This document shows positions 34,826-43,405 of a stretch of DNA of 62,827 bases, one piece after another (within the stretch, counting starts at the first letter, position 1; each line of letters begins with the position of its first letter). The stretch is from an uncultured Candidatus Saccharibacteria bacterium. GTDB lineage: Bacteria > Patescibacteriota > Minisyncoccia > Phycocordibacterales > JAACPR01. The notes beneath the pieces were generated by a model that did not search any database, was not told the origin of the DNA, and was given only the letters and a program-made list of their open reading frames with translations. The DNA is taken from positions 10,302-73,128 of the forward strand of contig CAYYEF010000001.1 of NCBI GenBank assembly GCA_964470825.1, in the 5' to 3' direction. A program made the position numbers and the translations under genes.

Positions 34826-36073
34826 ATGAAAGATTTACAAATTAAAAAGTTGCTTGAAATAGAAAAGAAACGTCAAAAAACTGTTATCAACTTAATTGCT
34901 TCGGAAAATATTGTTTCAGAAGATGTGCTTGAAGCTCTTGGTAGTGAATTAACAAATAAATATTCAGAAGGGTATCCTGGTCACCGATATTATGGTGGTA
35001 ACGAAGTAGTCGATAAAATTGAATTATTGGCACAGGAGCGAGCATTAAAACTTTTTAAATTAGATTCAAAAAAATGGTCAGTGAATGTACAGCCTTTGTC
35101 TGGTTCACCAGCAAATTTAGCCGTATACACAGCACTTGTGCCTAAGGGTGAAAAAATTATGGGTATGTCGCTTTCTCATGGGGGGCATTTAACGCATGGA
35201 CATAAAGTTTCTGCTACTGGAAAATTCTGGCAACAAATTCCATTTGGGGTTGATGAGAAGACTGAAACGATAGACTATGCTTTGCTCAAGAAAATTGCAG
35301 TGTCAGAAAAACCAAAAATTATCGTTTGTGGTTTTACAGCTTATCCACGGCAGGTGGATTTCAAAAAATTTCGTGAAATTGCTAATGCCTCCGGAGCAAT
35401 TTTAATGTGTGACATGTCTCATTTTGCGGGGCTGGTTGCGGGTGCAGAATATCCTTCTCCTTTTGAATATTGTGATGTTGTTACTACTACAGTACATAAA
35501 ACTTTGCGTGGTCCACGAAGCGCTATGATTTTTTCTCGTAAAGACAAATTCGTAAAAACAGAAAAAACAAATTCTAAAACTGGAAAAAAACAAATTATTA
35601 AAAACATCTACTCTGATTTAATTGACAAGGCGGTTTTTCCTGGTCTTCAAGGTGGTCCGCATAATAATCAAATTGCCGCAGTGGCGGTTGCTTTAAAAGA
35701 AGCCGACTCAGGATCTTTCAAAAAATACGCTCAACAAGTAAGAAAAAATGCTGCAGTGCTTGCCAAAGAATTATCTGAAAGAGGTTGGAAAATTATTTCA
35801 AATGGAACAGATACGCATCTTGTTCTTGTTGATGTTTGGATGAATGGAGTAAAAAATGAAAAAGGAGCAGGTGGTTTAACTGGACAAGAGGCTAGTGATC
35901 GTTTGGAAAAAGTAGGAATTATTGTAAATAAAAATACTATTCCAGGCGAGTCTCGAAGCGCGTTTGATCCTTCAGGTATTAGATTAGGTAGCGCAGCTGA
36001 AACTACTCGTGGTAAAAAAGAGGCCGACTTCAAAAAAATAGCAGCAGAGATTGATAAAGTCTTAAAAAAGTAA
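34826..36073 (+). CDS. glyA: serine hydroxymethyltransferase
   Basis: NLIASENIVS, SLSHGGHLTHG, TTTVHKTLRGPR (PLP lysine) and FPGLQGGPH. TGATAAAAT (34811-34819) lies 6 nt before the ATG. Confidence 0.95.
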   Translation: MKDLQIKKLLEIEKKRQKTVINLIASENIVSEDVLEALGSELTNKYSEGYPGHRYYGGNEVVDKIELLAQERALKLFKLDSKKWSVNVQPLSGSPANLAVYTALVPKGEKIMGMSLSHGGHLTHGHKVSATGKFWQQIPFGVDEKTETIDYALLKKIAVSEKPKIIVCGFTAYPRQVDFKKFREIANASGAILMCDMSHFAGLVAGAEYPSPFEYCDVVTTTVHKTLRGPRSAMIFSRKDKFVKTEKTNSKTGKKQIIKNIYSDLIDKAVFPGLQGGPHNNQIAAVAVALKEADSGSFKKYAQQVRKNAAVLAKELSERGWKIISNGTDTHLVLVDVWMNGVKNEKGAGGLTGQEASDRLEKVGIIVNKNTIPGESRSAFDPSGIRLGSAAETTRGKKEADFKKIAAEIDKVLKK

Positions 36074-36088
36074 TAATCTAGAATAAGA

Positions 36089-36718
36089 ATGAACACCAAA
36101 CGCGGAAAATTTATTGTCCTAGATGGAAGTGAAGGAGCGGGAAAATCTTCACAGTTGAAATCTCTCAAAGAAAGATTTGGAGACAAGATTTTGATTACTC
36201 GTGAGCCCGGAGGTACTCCTTATGCCGAAGAAATTCGCAATATTATTTTGAATTCTTCTAATGCAAGTCAGGCTGATGCTAAAACCCATTTCGCATTATT
36301 TTGGGCCTCACGTGCAGATCATATGAGGAATAAAATTATTCCTGCTCTTGAATCTGGAATGACAGTCATTACTGACCGTTTTGACTCCTCAACATTTGCC
36401 TATCAGATTTTCGGGCAAGAAGCCACAGAACTAAAAGATCATTTCTTTGCTTTCAGAGATTTCTTTTTAGGGGATTATAAGCCTGACCTATATATTTATC
36501 TAGATGTCGACACAAAAATCGGCTTGTCTAGAAAAAATAATCAACCTAATGAAATAAATCACTTTGAACAAAGGAAGGTGGAATTTTTTGAAAGGATGAA
36601 GCAGGGTTTTGCTGAATTTTTCAATCATGTTCCTTATGTGGTAGTTAATGCAAACGTTGATTTTGCTTCAGTTGAAAAAGATTTAACTTCTATTATGGAG
36701 AAGCAATTAAACAGCTAG
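36089..36718 (+). CDS. tmk: thymidylate kinase
   Basis: GKFIVLDGSEGAGKSSQ P-loop, TREPGGT, DRF. Confidence 0.9.
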   Translation: MNTKRGKFIVLDGSEGAGKSSQLKSLKERFGDKILITREPGGTPYAEEIRNIILNSSNASQADAKTHFALFWASRADHMRNKIIPALESGMTVITDRFDSSTFAYQIFGQEATELKDHFFAFRDFFLGDYKPDLYIYLDVDTKIGLSRKNNQPNEINHFEQRKVEFFERMKQGFAEFFNHVPYVVVNANVDFASVEKDLTSIMEKQLNS

Positions 36719-36721
36719 TTT

Positions 36722-36746
36722 TCCTAGCTGTTTTTATTTTAAAAAT
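36722..36746 (+). terminator. hairpin plus T run between tmk and dut
   Basis: Stem CAGCTAG/CTAGCTG with loop TTTTC, then TTTTT. Ends directly at the dut ATG. Confidence 0.6.
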
Positions 36747-37169
36747 ATGAAACTAAAAATTAAAAAATTAAACATTGAGGCAATTGTTCCAAATTATGCT
36801 CATTTAAACGATGCTGGTTTTGATTTGTTTTCCGTTGAAACCATTGAAATTGAACCAATGTCTCGTGTTCAAATTTCAACTGGTATAGCTATGGAAATTC
36901 CAGAAGGTTTTGTTGGTTTAATTTGGGATAAGTCTGGTTTGTCTCATAAGTATGGATTGAAAACTTTGGGTGGAGTTATTGATTCCGGGTATAGGGGAGA
37001 GATAAAAGTTGGAGTTATAAATCTTGGAACAGAAAAATATATTTTAGAAAAAGGTCATAAAATTGCTCAGATGATTATTCAAAAAAGAGAATTTTGTGAG
37101 ATAGAAGTCGTTGACGAATTATCTGACACTTCACGTGGGGAAGGTGGTTTTGGTTCAACAGGTAAATAA
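36747..37169 (+). CDS. dut: dUTP pyrophosphatase
   Basis: AGFDL, GVIDSGYRGE and the C-terminal RGEGGFGSTG motif. Confidence 0.9.
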   Translation: MKLKIKKLNIEAIVPNYAHLNDAGFDLFSVETIEIEPMSRVQISTGIAMEIPEGFVGLIWDKSGLSHKYGLKTLGGVIDSGYRGEIKVGVINLGTEKYILEKGHKIAQMIIQKREFCEIEVVDELSDTSRGEGGFGSTGK

Positions 37170-37235
37170 GCTTTTATAAAAAATATTCTAAAGCTTTATA
37201 AACCGTTATTTTTCTGTTATTCTAAATCTAATAAT

Positions 37236-39038
37236 ATGAAACAAATTGTTCGAGAATCTATTAATAAAGTTTTAAGAAGTGCCGGTTTAAACGAGGTTGA
37301 TTTTAATATTGAATACCCAGCTGATTTAAAGTTCGGAGATTATTCCTCAAATGTTGCGATGGTCTTAGCTAAAAAAATTGAGAAAAATCCCAGAGACTTA
37401 GCTCAAGCTATTGTGAACGATTTAAATCGTAATCTTTCTCCTGAAATTGAAAAGGCTGAAATGGCTGGTCCTGGCTTTATTAACTTTTATCTAAAAAAAG
37501 AAATTCTATTTCAAAAAATAGGAGAGATATTTTTAACTGGAAATAATTACGGTCGTTCAAAAAAACTAGCTGGTCAAAAAATTGTTATTGAATACACTGA
37601 TCCAAACGCTTTTAAGCAATTTCATATAGGTCATCTTATGGCCAACGCGATAGGTGAGTCAGTGTCTAGAATTTTAGAATGGAACGGTGCAGACATTACT
37701 CGTATTTGTTATCAGAGTGATGTTGGAATGAATGTGGCGAAAGCTTTATGGGGTATGATTCAAAATAAGGCTGCGTTTCCTCATGATGAAGATTCTTTAG
37801 AAGATAAAATAAAATTTGTTGGAGAGGCCTACACCCTAGGTGCCGCTCGATTCGAAGATGATGAAAATTCCAAACTTGAAATTCAAGAAATTAATAAAAA
37901 AGTTTTTAATTTTTTTAATGGTGACCCAAAGGACGATGATCAAGAATTGAAAATATATTATGAGAAAGGTAAAGCTTGGAGCTTGGCTCATTTTGAAGAG
38001 TTGTATATAAAACTTGGAACAAAATTTGATCGTTATATTCCTGAAAGTAGCACTGCTTCTCTAGGGGAAAAAATTGTTAGGGATAATATAAAAGATCCAG
38101 AAGATGAAAATTCAAAAGGGGTATTTGAGTTGAGTGACGGTGCTGTGGTTTATAAGGGGGAGCAAGACGGTTTGCATACTCGTGTTTTTCTTAATTCTCA
38201 AGGTCTACCTACTTATGAAGCAAAAGATCTAGGACTGGCTTATTTCAAAGATAAAATAGCCGACTTCGATACTTCTATTGTTGTGACGGCTAGCGAACAA
38301 AAAGAATATTTTAAAGTTATGATGGCGGCCCTTGCACGAATAAATTCTGATTTAGCTTCTAAAACAAAACATATTACTCACGGTATGATGCTTCTTGAAA
38401 GTGGAAAAATGTCTTCACGAAAAGGACAGGTTATAACTGGAGAAACCTTAATTAATGAAGCGGAAGAAATGGTGCGACAAATTATTGCTGATAGAGGATT
38501 TGAAAAAGATGTGGCGGAAAAAATAATTGTAGATGTTGCTGTTGCTGCTATTAAATATTCTATTTTAAAACAAGCCTCTGGTAGAGATATTATTTATAAT
38601 GCAAAAACAGCAGTAACTTTTGAAGGAGATTCTGGTCCTTACTTACAATATTCTGTTAATCGTGCTCGATCAGTCATGTCTAAGGCTTTGGAACAAGGAA
38701 TTAAAATTGACAATGATTTAAAGAATCTTATTTTTGATCAAGGTCAAAATTCTTTACCAAATCAAAATTTTTACCACGAATGGCAAACTACAAATCTAGA
38801 GAGAATGATTATTCGTTTCCCAGAAATTGTTTTGGGTGCTGCAGAAAATTTATCACCACATACAATTACCAATTATTTAATTCAGGTAGCAGGTGAATTC
38901 AATAGTTTCTATGCTAATAATCAAATTATTGATAATAAGCCTGATATGGCCTACAAACTAGCTTTAACAAAAGCCACAGAACACGTTTTAGAAAACGGTC
39001 TTCAAATTCTAGGTATTAGAATTCCTTCTAAAATGTAA
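37236..39038 (+). CDS. argS: arginyl-tRNA synthetase
   Basis: 600 aa. FINFYL N-domain, HIGH-type FHIGHLMAN, MSSRKG (KMSK variant), and a C-terminal DALR-type anticodon-binding region. Confidence 0.95.
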   Translation: MKQIVRESINKVLRSAGLNEVDFNIEYPADLKFGDYSSNVAMVLAKKIEKNPRDLAQAIVNDLNRNLSPEIEKAEMAGPGFINFYLKKEILFQKIGEIFLTGNNYGRSKKLAGQKIVIEYTDPNAFKQFHIGHLMANAIGESVSRILEWNGADITRICYQSDVGMNVAKALWGMIQNKAAFPHDEDSLEDKIKFVGEAYTLGAARFEDDENSKLEIQEINKKVFNFFNGDPKDDDQELKIYYEKGKAWSLAHFEELYIKLGTKFDRYIPESSTASLGEKIVRDNIKDPEDENSKGVFELSDGAVVYKGEQDGLHTRVFLNSQGLPTYEAKDLGLAYFKDKIADFDTSIVVTASEQKEYFKVMMAALARINSDLASKTKHITHGMMLLESGKMSSRKGQVITGETLINEAEEMVRQIIADRGFEKDVAEKIIVDVAVAAIKYSILKQASGRDIIYNAKTAVTFEGDSGPYLQYSVNRARSVMSKALEQGIKIDNDLKNLIFDQGQNSLPNQNFYHEWQTTNLERMIIRFPEIVLGAAENLSPHTITNYLIQVAGEFNSFYANNQIIDNKPDMAYKLALTKATEHVLENGLQILGIRIPSKM

Positions 39039-39097
39039 TTACTTTAGGTAAGGTTAGATACTTTAAAAACTCTATTTAAAGTGATAGTATTTTTGTT

Positions 39098-42000
39098 ATG
39101 ACAACTAAAAATGAGCAGGCGCCAGAGGCGTCTTTAAACGGTCCTGATATGGCCGGTTCAAATCAAGGGCAAACTGAAAAAAGTCAGGTTGCTTTAACTG
39201 AGGAGGCCGTTCTATCTTTTTGGCAGAAAAATAATATATTTGAAAAAAGTCTGGCTCAAAATATGCCAGAAAATAATTCAAATTCAAAAGGCGAGTTTGT
39301 TTTTTATGATGGACCTCCATTTGCAACTGGAACACCACATTATGGACATTTGCTTGCGGGAACAATGAAAGATTTAATTCCTCGTTATAAAACCATGCAA
39401 GGATATTATGTGCCCAGAAAATGGGGATGGGATTGTCATGGTTTACCAATTGAAAACTTAATCCAAAAAGAAAATAATCTTCATACAAAAAAAGATATTG
39501 AGAATTTTGGAATTAAAAAATTTAGTCAGGCCGCAAAAGCAAGCGTGTTTAGATATGATGCTGAATGGAGAAAAACCGTACCTAGAATCGGTAGATGGGT
39601 AGATATGGATAACCAATACACCACAATGGATTCTGGTTTTATGGAGTCTGTATGGTGGGCTTTTTCTGAATTATATAAAAAAGATTTAATCTATAAAGAT
39701 TTTCGGGTAATGCATATTTCTCCTGCACTCGAAACCCCACTTTCAAATTCTGAGGTCAGTCAAAACTATAAAGATATTACTGATATTACTGCATATGTGA
39801 AATTTGAATTAGTAGATGAACCAGGAACTTTTTTTATTGCTTGGACAACAACCCCTTGGACGTTGCCAGGAAACGTAGCGCTTGCTGTTGGTGAAGATAT
39901 TGATTATGTAAAAGTTGAGATTGAAAATGCTGAAGAAAATCAAAAAGGAAATATTTTTATCGCAAAAAACAGGGTAGAATCTGTTCTAAAAGATAAAACT
40001 TATAAAATTATATCTGAATTAAAAGGTCGTGATTTGGTCGGGAAGAGATATAAGCCTGTTTTCGATTATTACGCAAAAAACGAAAAATTAGAAAATCGTG
40101 AAAATGGATGGAAAATTTATTCAGCTGATTTCGTAACTGATGCTGACGGAACGGGTATAGTTCACATTGCTCCTGCTTTTGGAGAAGATGATTTTAATTT
40201 AAGAAAAGATAAAAATCTTCCTTTTATACAACATGTAAACATGGATGGAACAATTCGTCCCGAAGCAATTGATTTTGCAGGTCTTCAAGCGAAACCAAAG
40301 GCTACAGATGAAAACCCAAATGCTCATCAAAATACGGACATTGAAGTGATTAAATATTTGGCTCATCACGGAAATTTATTTGCTAAAGAAAAAATAATAC
40401 ACTCATACCCTCATTGCTGGAGAACAGATGCGCCACTTTTGAATTATGCTCTTTCTTCTTGGTTTGTAAAAGTTACTAATCTGCGTTCAAAAATGGTTGA
40501 ATTAAATAAAGATATTTATTGGGTTCCAGAGAATATTGGTTCAAAGCGTTTTGCTAATTGGCTTGAGAATGCAAAAGATTGGGGAATTTCCCGCTCTCGT
40601 TTTTGGGGAACAACTATGCCTATTTGGGTTTCTGAAGATGGAGAAATAGATGTTATTGGTTCTGTTGAAGATCTAAGAAATAGAACAAAAGGAACTAATA
40701 AATATTTTCTAGCTCGTCATGGTGAAGCAGAACATAATGTTGCTAAATTTTTATCATCAGATAATTCTGTAAAAAGTGAATTGACCGAAAATGGTTTAAA
40801 ACAAATTGAAGATTTGGCAGAAAATCTTTTGAAAGAACTTGCTAAGAATGGTCAAAAAATAGATTATATTTTTACCTCTCCATTACACCGAACAAAAAGA
40901 ACAGCACAAATTGTGGCTGAAAAAATTAATCTAGATAAAGAATTAATTATTGTAGATGAAAGATTAAAAGAAGTTCAATCTGGAATTCTTAATGGAAAAC
41001 CTACTTCTGAATATTTGAAATTAGTTAATAGTGTTTCAGAACAATTTGAAATTTCTCCAGAAGGAGGTGAAACTATTTCTGATATTAGAAAAAGAGTAGG
41101 GGATTTTATTTATGAAATAGATAAGAAATATTCAAATAAGAATATCCTTATCGTAACCCATGAATATCCAATCTGGATGTTTAATGCTGTGAAGAATGGA
41201 TTAGACAATAAGAAAGCCATTGAAATAAAAACTTTTGGAAAGAGTTTTGTTCCAACAGGTCATTTTGAAGTATATGATTTTGCTCCTTTACCACACGATG
41301 ATGATTATGTTTTGGATCTACATAGACCCTATATTGACGAAATTACATATTTAAAAAATGGTAAAAAATTCACAAGAATTCCAGAGGTTTTTGATACTTG
41401 GTTTGATTCTGGTTCAATGCCATATGCTGTTCCTCATTTTCCATTTAATAATAGACAAAAAAATTCTGGTGGAATTTTGAGTAATTTATTAAAATCTCTT
41501 ACTTCATCAAAAGAACCAAATCATTTTCCTGCAGATTTTATTGCTGAAGGGCTTGATCAAACAAGAGGCTGGTTTTATACCCTAATGGTTTTAAATAGTG
41601 CTTTGTTTGGTAAAAGTCCATTTAAAAATGTCATTGTAAATGGTTTGGTTTTGGCAGAGGACGGAAGAAAGATGTCAAAAAGTCTAAAAAATTATCCAGA
41701 TCCTTCTTATATTTTGGATAAATATGGTGCTGATGCTTTGAGGTATTACATGCTTTCTTCACAAATTGTAAAAGCAGAGCCTTTGAATTTTTCTGAGAAA
41801 GGTGTTGATGAGGTTTTGAAAAAAGTGATCAACAGGTTAATGAATGTTGTTTCATTTTATGAATTGTATGTAAAATCAGAAGAGTCACAAAAAATATTCG
41901 AAGCTTATAAAAATGATAAAAACAAGAAACCACTTTTGAAAAATGAATTAGACACATGGATTGTTTCAAGGTTGGGTGAAGTTTTGAAAAAAACAACAGA

Positions 42001-42784
42001 AGCTCTGGATAAATATGAATTAGATGTTTCAGCTAGACCAATTGCAGAATTTATCGATGATTTGTCTACATGGTATTTGCGTCGATCAAGAGACAGATTT
42101 AAGGGGGAGAATTTCGAAGATTCTGAATCTGCGAAAGAAACTACAAATTATGTATTAATTAATTTGGCAAAAATTATGGCTCCATTTATGCCTTTTACAG
42201 CTGAAGAGATTTACCAAAATATAAGTGGATTCAAAATGAAAAATCCTGATTATAGCGTCCATTTTGAAAAGTGGCCAAACAATATCTATTTTGATCAGAA
42301 AATTATTCAAGAAATGGAGATTGCTAGAAAAATCGTCGCTTTAGGTTTAGAGGCAAGAGACAGAAATAAAATAAAAGTTAGACAACCACTTAAAGAATTA
42401 TTAGTTAAAGATGACTCAATATCTAATCTTAGTGAGGGTATATTAGAAACCATTAAAGATGAGCTGAATGTTAAGGAAATAAAATTTGATTCTCAGATAA
42501 AAGAAGAAGTCTTTCTTAATACAGAGATTACCCCAGAACTTTTAGAAGAAGGAGTAGCACGTGAAATAATTCGAACAATTCAATCTCTTAGAAAAAAATC
42601 AAACTTAAATCCAGAAGATCAAATAGATTTGGTTGTACAAACAGAAGATCAAGGAGAGAAGCTTATCAAAAAATTTGCTGAACAAATTAAAAAACCAACA
42701 AACGTTGTTAATTTTGATTTTGCTGAAAACGACGGAGATAAAATCTCTGTAGAAGGATATAACTTTAATATAGTTATTAAATAG
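39098..42784 (+). CDS. ileS: isoleucyl-tRNA synthetase (type 2, eukaryote-like) carrying an internal histidine-phosphatase domain
   Basis: PPFATGTPHYGHLL (HIGH), WTTTPWTLPGN editing domain, WGISRSRFWG, DQTRGWFY and KMSKSLKNYPDP. 1228 aa, about 200 aa longer than expected because of the insertion annotated separately. Confidence 0.95.
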   Translation: MTTKNEQAPEASLNGPDMAGSNQGQTEKSQVALTEEAVLSFWQKNNIFEKSLAQNMPENNSNSKGEFVFYDGPPFATGTPHYGHLLAGTMKDLIPRYKTMQGYYVPRKWGWDCHGLPIENLIQKENNLHTKKDIENFGIKKFSQAAKASVFRYDAEWRKTVPRIGRWVDMDNQYTTMDSGFMESVWWAFSELYKKDLIYKDFRVMHISPALETPLSNSEVSQNYKDITDITAYVKFELVDEPGTFFIAWTTTPWTLPGNVALAVGEDIDYVKVEIENAEENQKGNIFIAKNRVESVLKDKTYKIISELKGRDLVGKRYKPVFDYYAKNEKLENRENGWKIYSADFVTDADGTGIVHIAPAFGEDDFNLRKDKNLPFIQHVNMDGTIRPEAIDFAGLQAKPKATDENPNAHQNTDIEVIKYLAHHGNLFAKEKIIHSYPHCWRTDAPLLNYALSSWFVKVTNLRSKMVELNKDIYWVPENIGSKRFANWLENAKDWGISRSRFWGTTMPIWVSEDGEIDVIGSVEDLRNRTKGTNKYFLARHGEAEHNVAKFLSSDNSVKSELTENGLKQIEDLAENLLKELAKNGQKIDYIFTSPLHRTKRTAQIVAEKINLDKELIIVDERLKEVQSGILNGKPTSEYLKLVNSVSEQFEISPEGGETISDIRKRVGDFIYEIDKKYSNKNILIVTHEYPIWMFNAVKNGLDNKKAIEIKTFGKSFVPTGHFEVYDFAPLPHDDDYVLDLHRPYIDEITYLKNGKKFTRIPEVFDTWFDSGSMPYAVPHFPFNNRQKNSGGILSNLLKSLTSSKEPNHFPADFIAEGLDQTRGWFYTLMVLNSALFGKSPFKNVIVNGLVLAEDGRKMSKSLKNYPDPSYILDKYGADALRYYMLSSQIVKAEPLNFSEKGVDEVLKKVINRLMNVVSFYELYVKSEESQKIFEAYKNDKNKKPLLKNELDTWIVSRLGEVLKKTTEALDKYELDVSARPIAEFIDDLSTWYLRRSRDRFKGENFEDSESAKETTNYVLINLAKIMAPFMPFTAEEIYQNISGFKMKNPDYSVHFEKWPNNIYFDQKIIQEMEIARKIVALGLEARDRNKIKVRQPLKELLVKDDSISNLSEGILETIKDELNVKEIKFDSQIKEEVFLNTEITPELLEEGVAREIIRTIQSLRKKSNLNPEDQIDLVVQTEDQGEKLIKKFAEQIKKPTNVVNFDFAENDGDKISVEGYNFNIVIK
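40688..41305 (+). other. histidine phosphatase (PGAM-like, branch 1) domain inserted in frame within ileS
   Basis: Residues about 531-736: YFLARHGEAEHN (RHG motif), LTENGLKQ, TSPLHRTKRTA, EVQSGILNG, PEGGETISD and LIVTHEYPI (second His). Flanked by the IleRS segments IDVIGSVEDL and LDLHRPYIDE. Confidence 0.8.
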
Positions 42785-42786
42785 TA

Positions 42787-43386
42787 ATGCATCATATTTA
42801 TAGAACAGAAGCTATTATTTTATCTAGTCGTCCAAGCGGGGAGTCTGGTAAATATTTAACTGTTTTGTCCAAAGAATATGGGGTTTTAAAAATTGAAGCC
42901 CAAGCAGTTAGGAAAAATGATTCAAAGCTTCGTCAATCAATTCAAGATTTTTCAGTTGTGGATATTTCTTTCGTAAGAGGAAAGACAGGAAATAAATTAG
43001 TAAACGCATCTTTTATTTCTAATTTTTATTATGAAATATCAAATCAGAAAATTTTGAAAAGCATCTCTAATATTTTTCGCCTGGTTGAAAAAATGATTGT
43101 CGACGAAGAAAAAGATGATTCTATTTTTGATTTATTCATCAAAATAAACCTTATTTTAAAAGATAATTTAGACTGTACCGATGATTTTCTCAAGGCCTTG
43201 GAAATTATTTCTGTATATAGACTTCTTTCAAGTCTTGGATATTTAAGCCGAGATGGAGAGTATAATTTTATTTTAAGTGAAGAACTTGATGAAGGTTTGG
43301 TTTTGAGAATGGAAAAAAAATTAATTACCGATAAAGAAAAAATAATTAGATTAATTAATAATGCTATTAATGAAAGTCATTTATAA
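42787..43386 (+). CDS. recO: DNA repair protein RecO (short form)
   Basis: 199 aa. The N-terminal OB pattern TEAIILSSRPSGESGKYLTVLSKEYGVLKIEAQAVRK resembles RecO. No zinc motif seen. Confidence 0.7.
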   Translation: MHHIYRTEAIILSSRPSGESGKYLTVLSKEYGVLKIEAQAVRKNDSKLRQSIQDFSVVDISFVRGKTGNKLVNASFISNFYYEISNQKILKSISNIFRLVEKMIVDEEKDDSIFDLFIKINLILKDNLDCTDDFLKALEIISVYRLLSSLGYLSRDGEYNFILSEELDEGLVLRMEKKLITDKEKIIRLINNAINESHL

Positions 43387-43405
43387 TTTGGTATAATAAT
43401 TGCAC

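Noticed and set aside
35731-36186. Long antisense shadow ORFs inside well-supported genes: 35731-36186 (151 aa, opposite glyA/tmk), 54359-54871 (170 aa, opposite efp), 45995-46432 and 46380-46661 (opposite glyQS), 39105-39488 (opposite ileS), and 5714-5953, 7522-8357, 13968-14849, 58179-58906, 60805-62055 and similar.
   Set aside because: Each lies entirely within, and antisense or out of frame to, a gene with strong family motifs. The peptides are low-complexity or hydrophobic junk (Ser/Pro/Phe/Leu-rich), with no start context or terminators.
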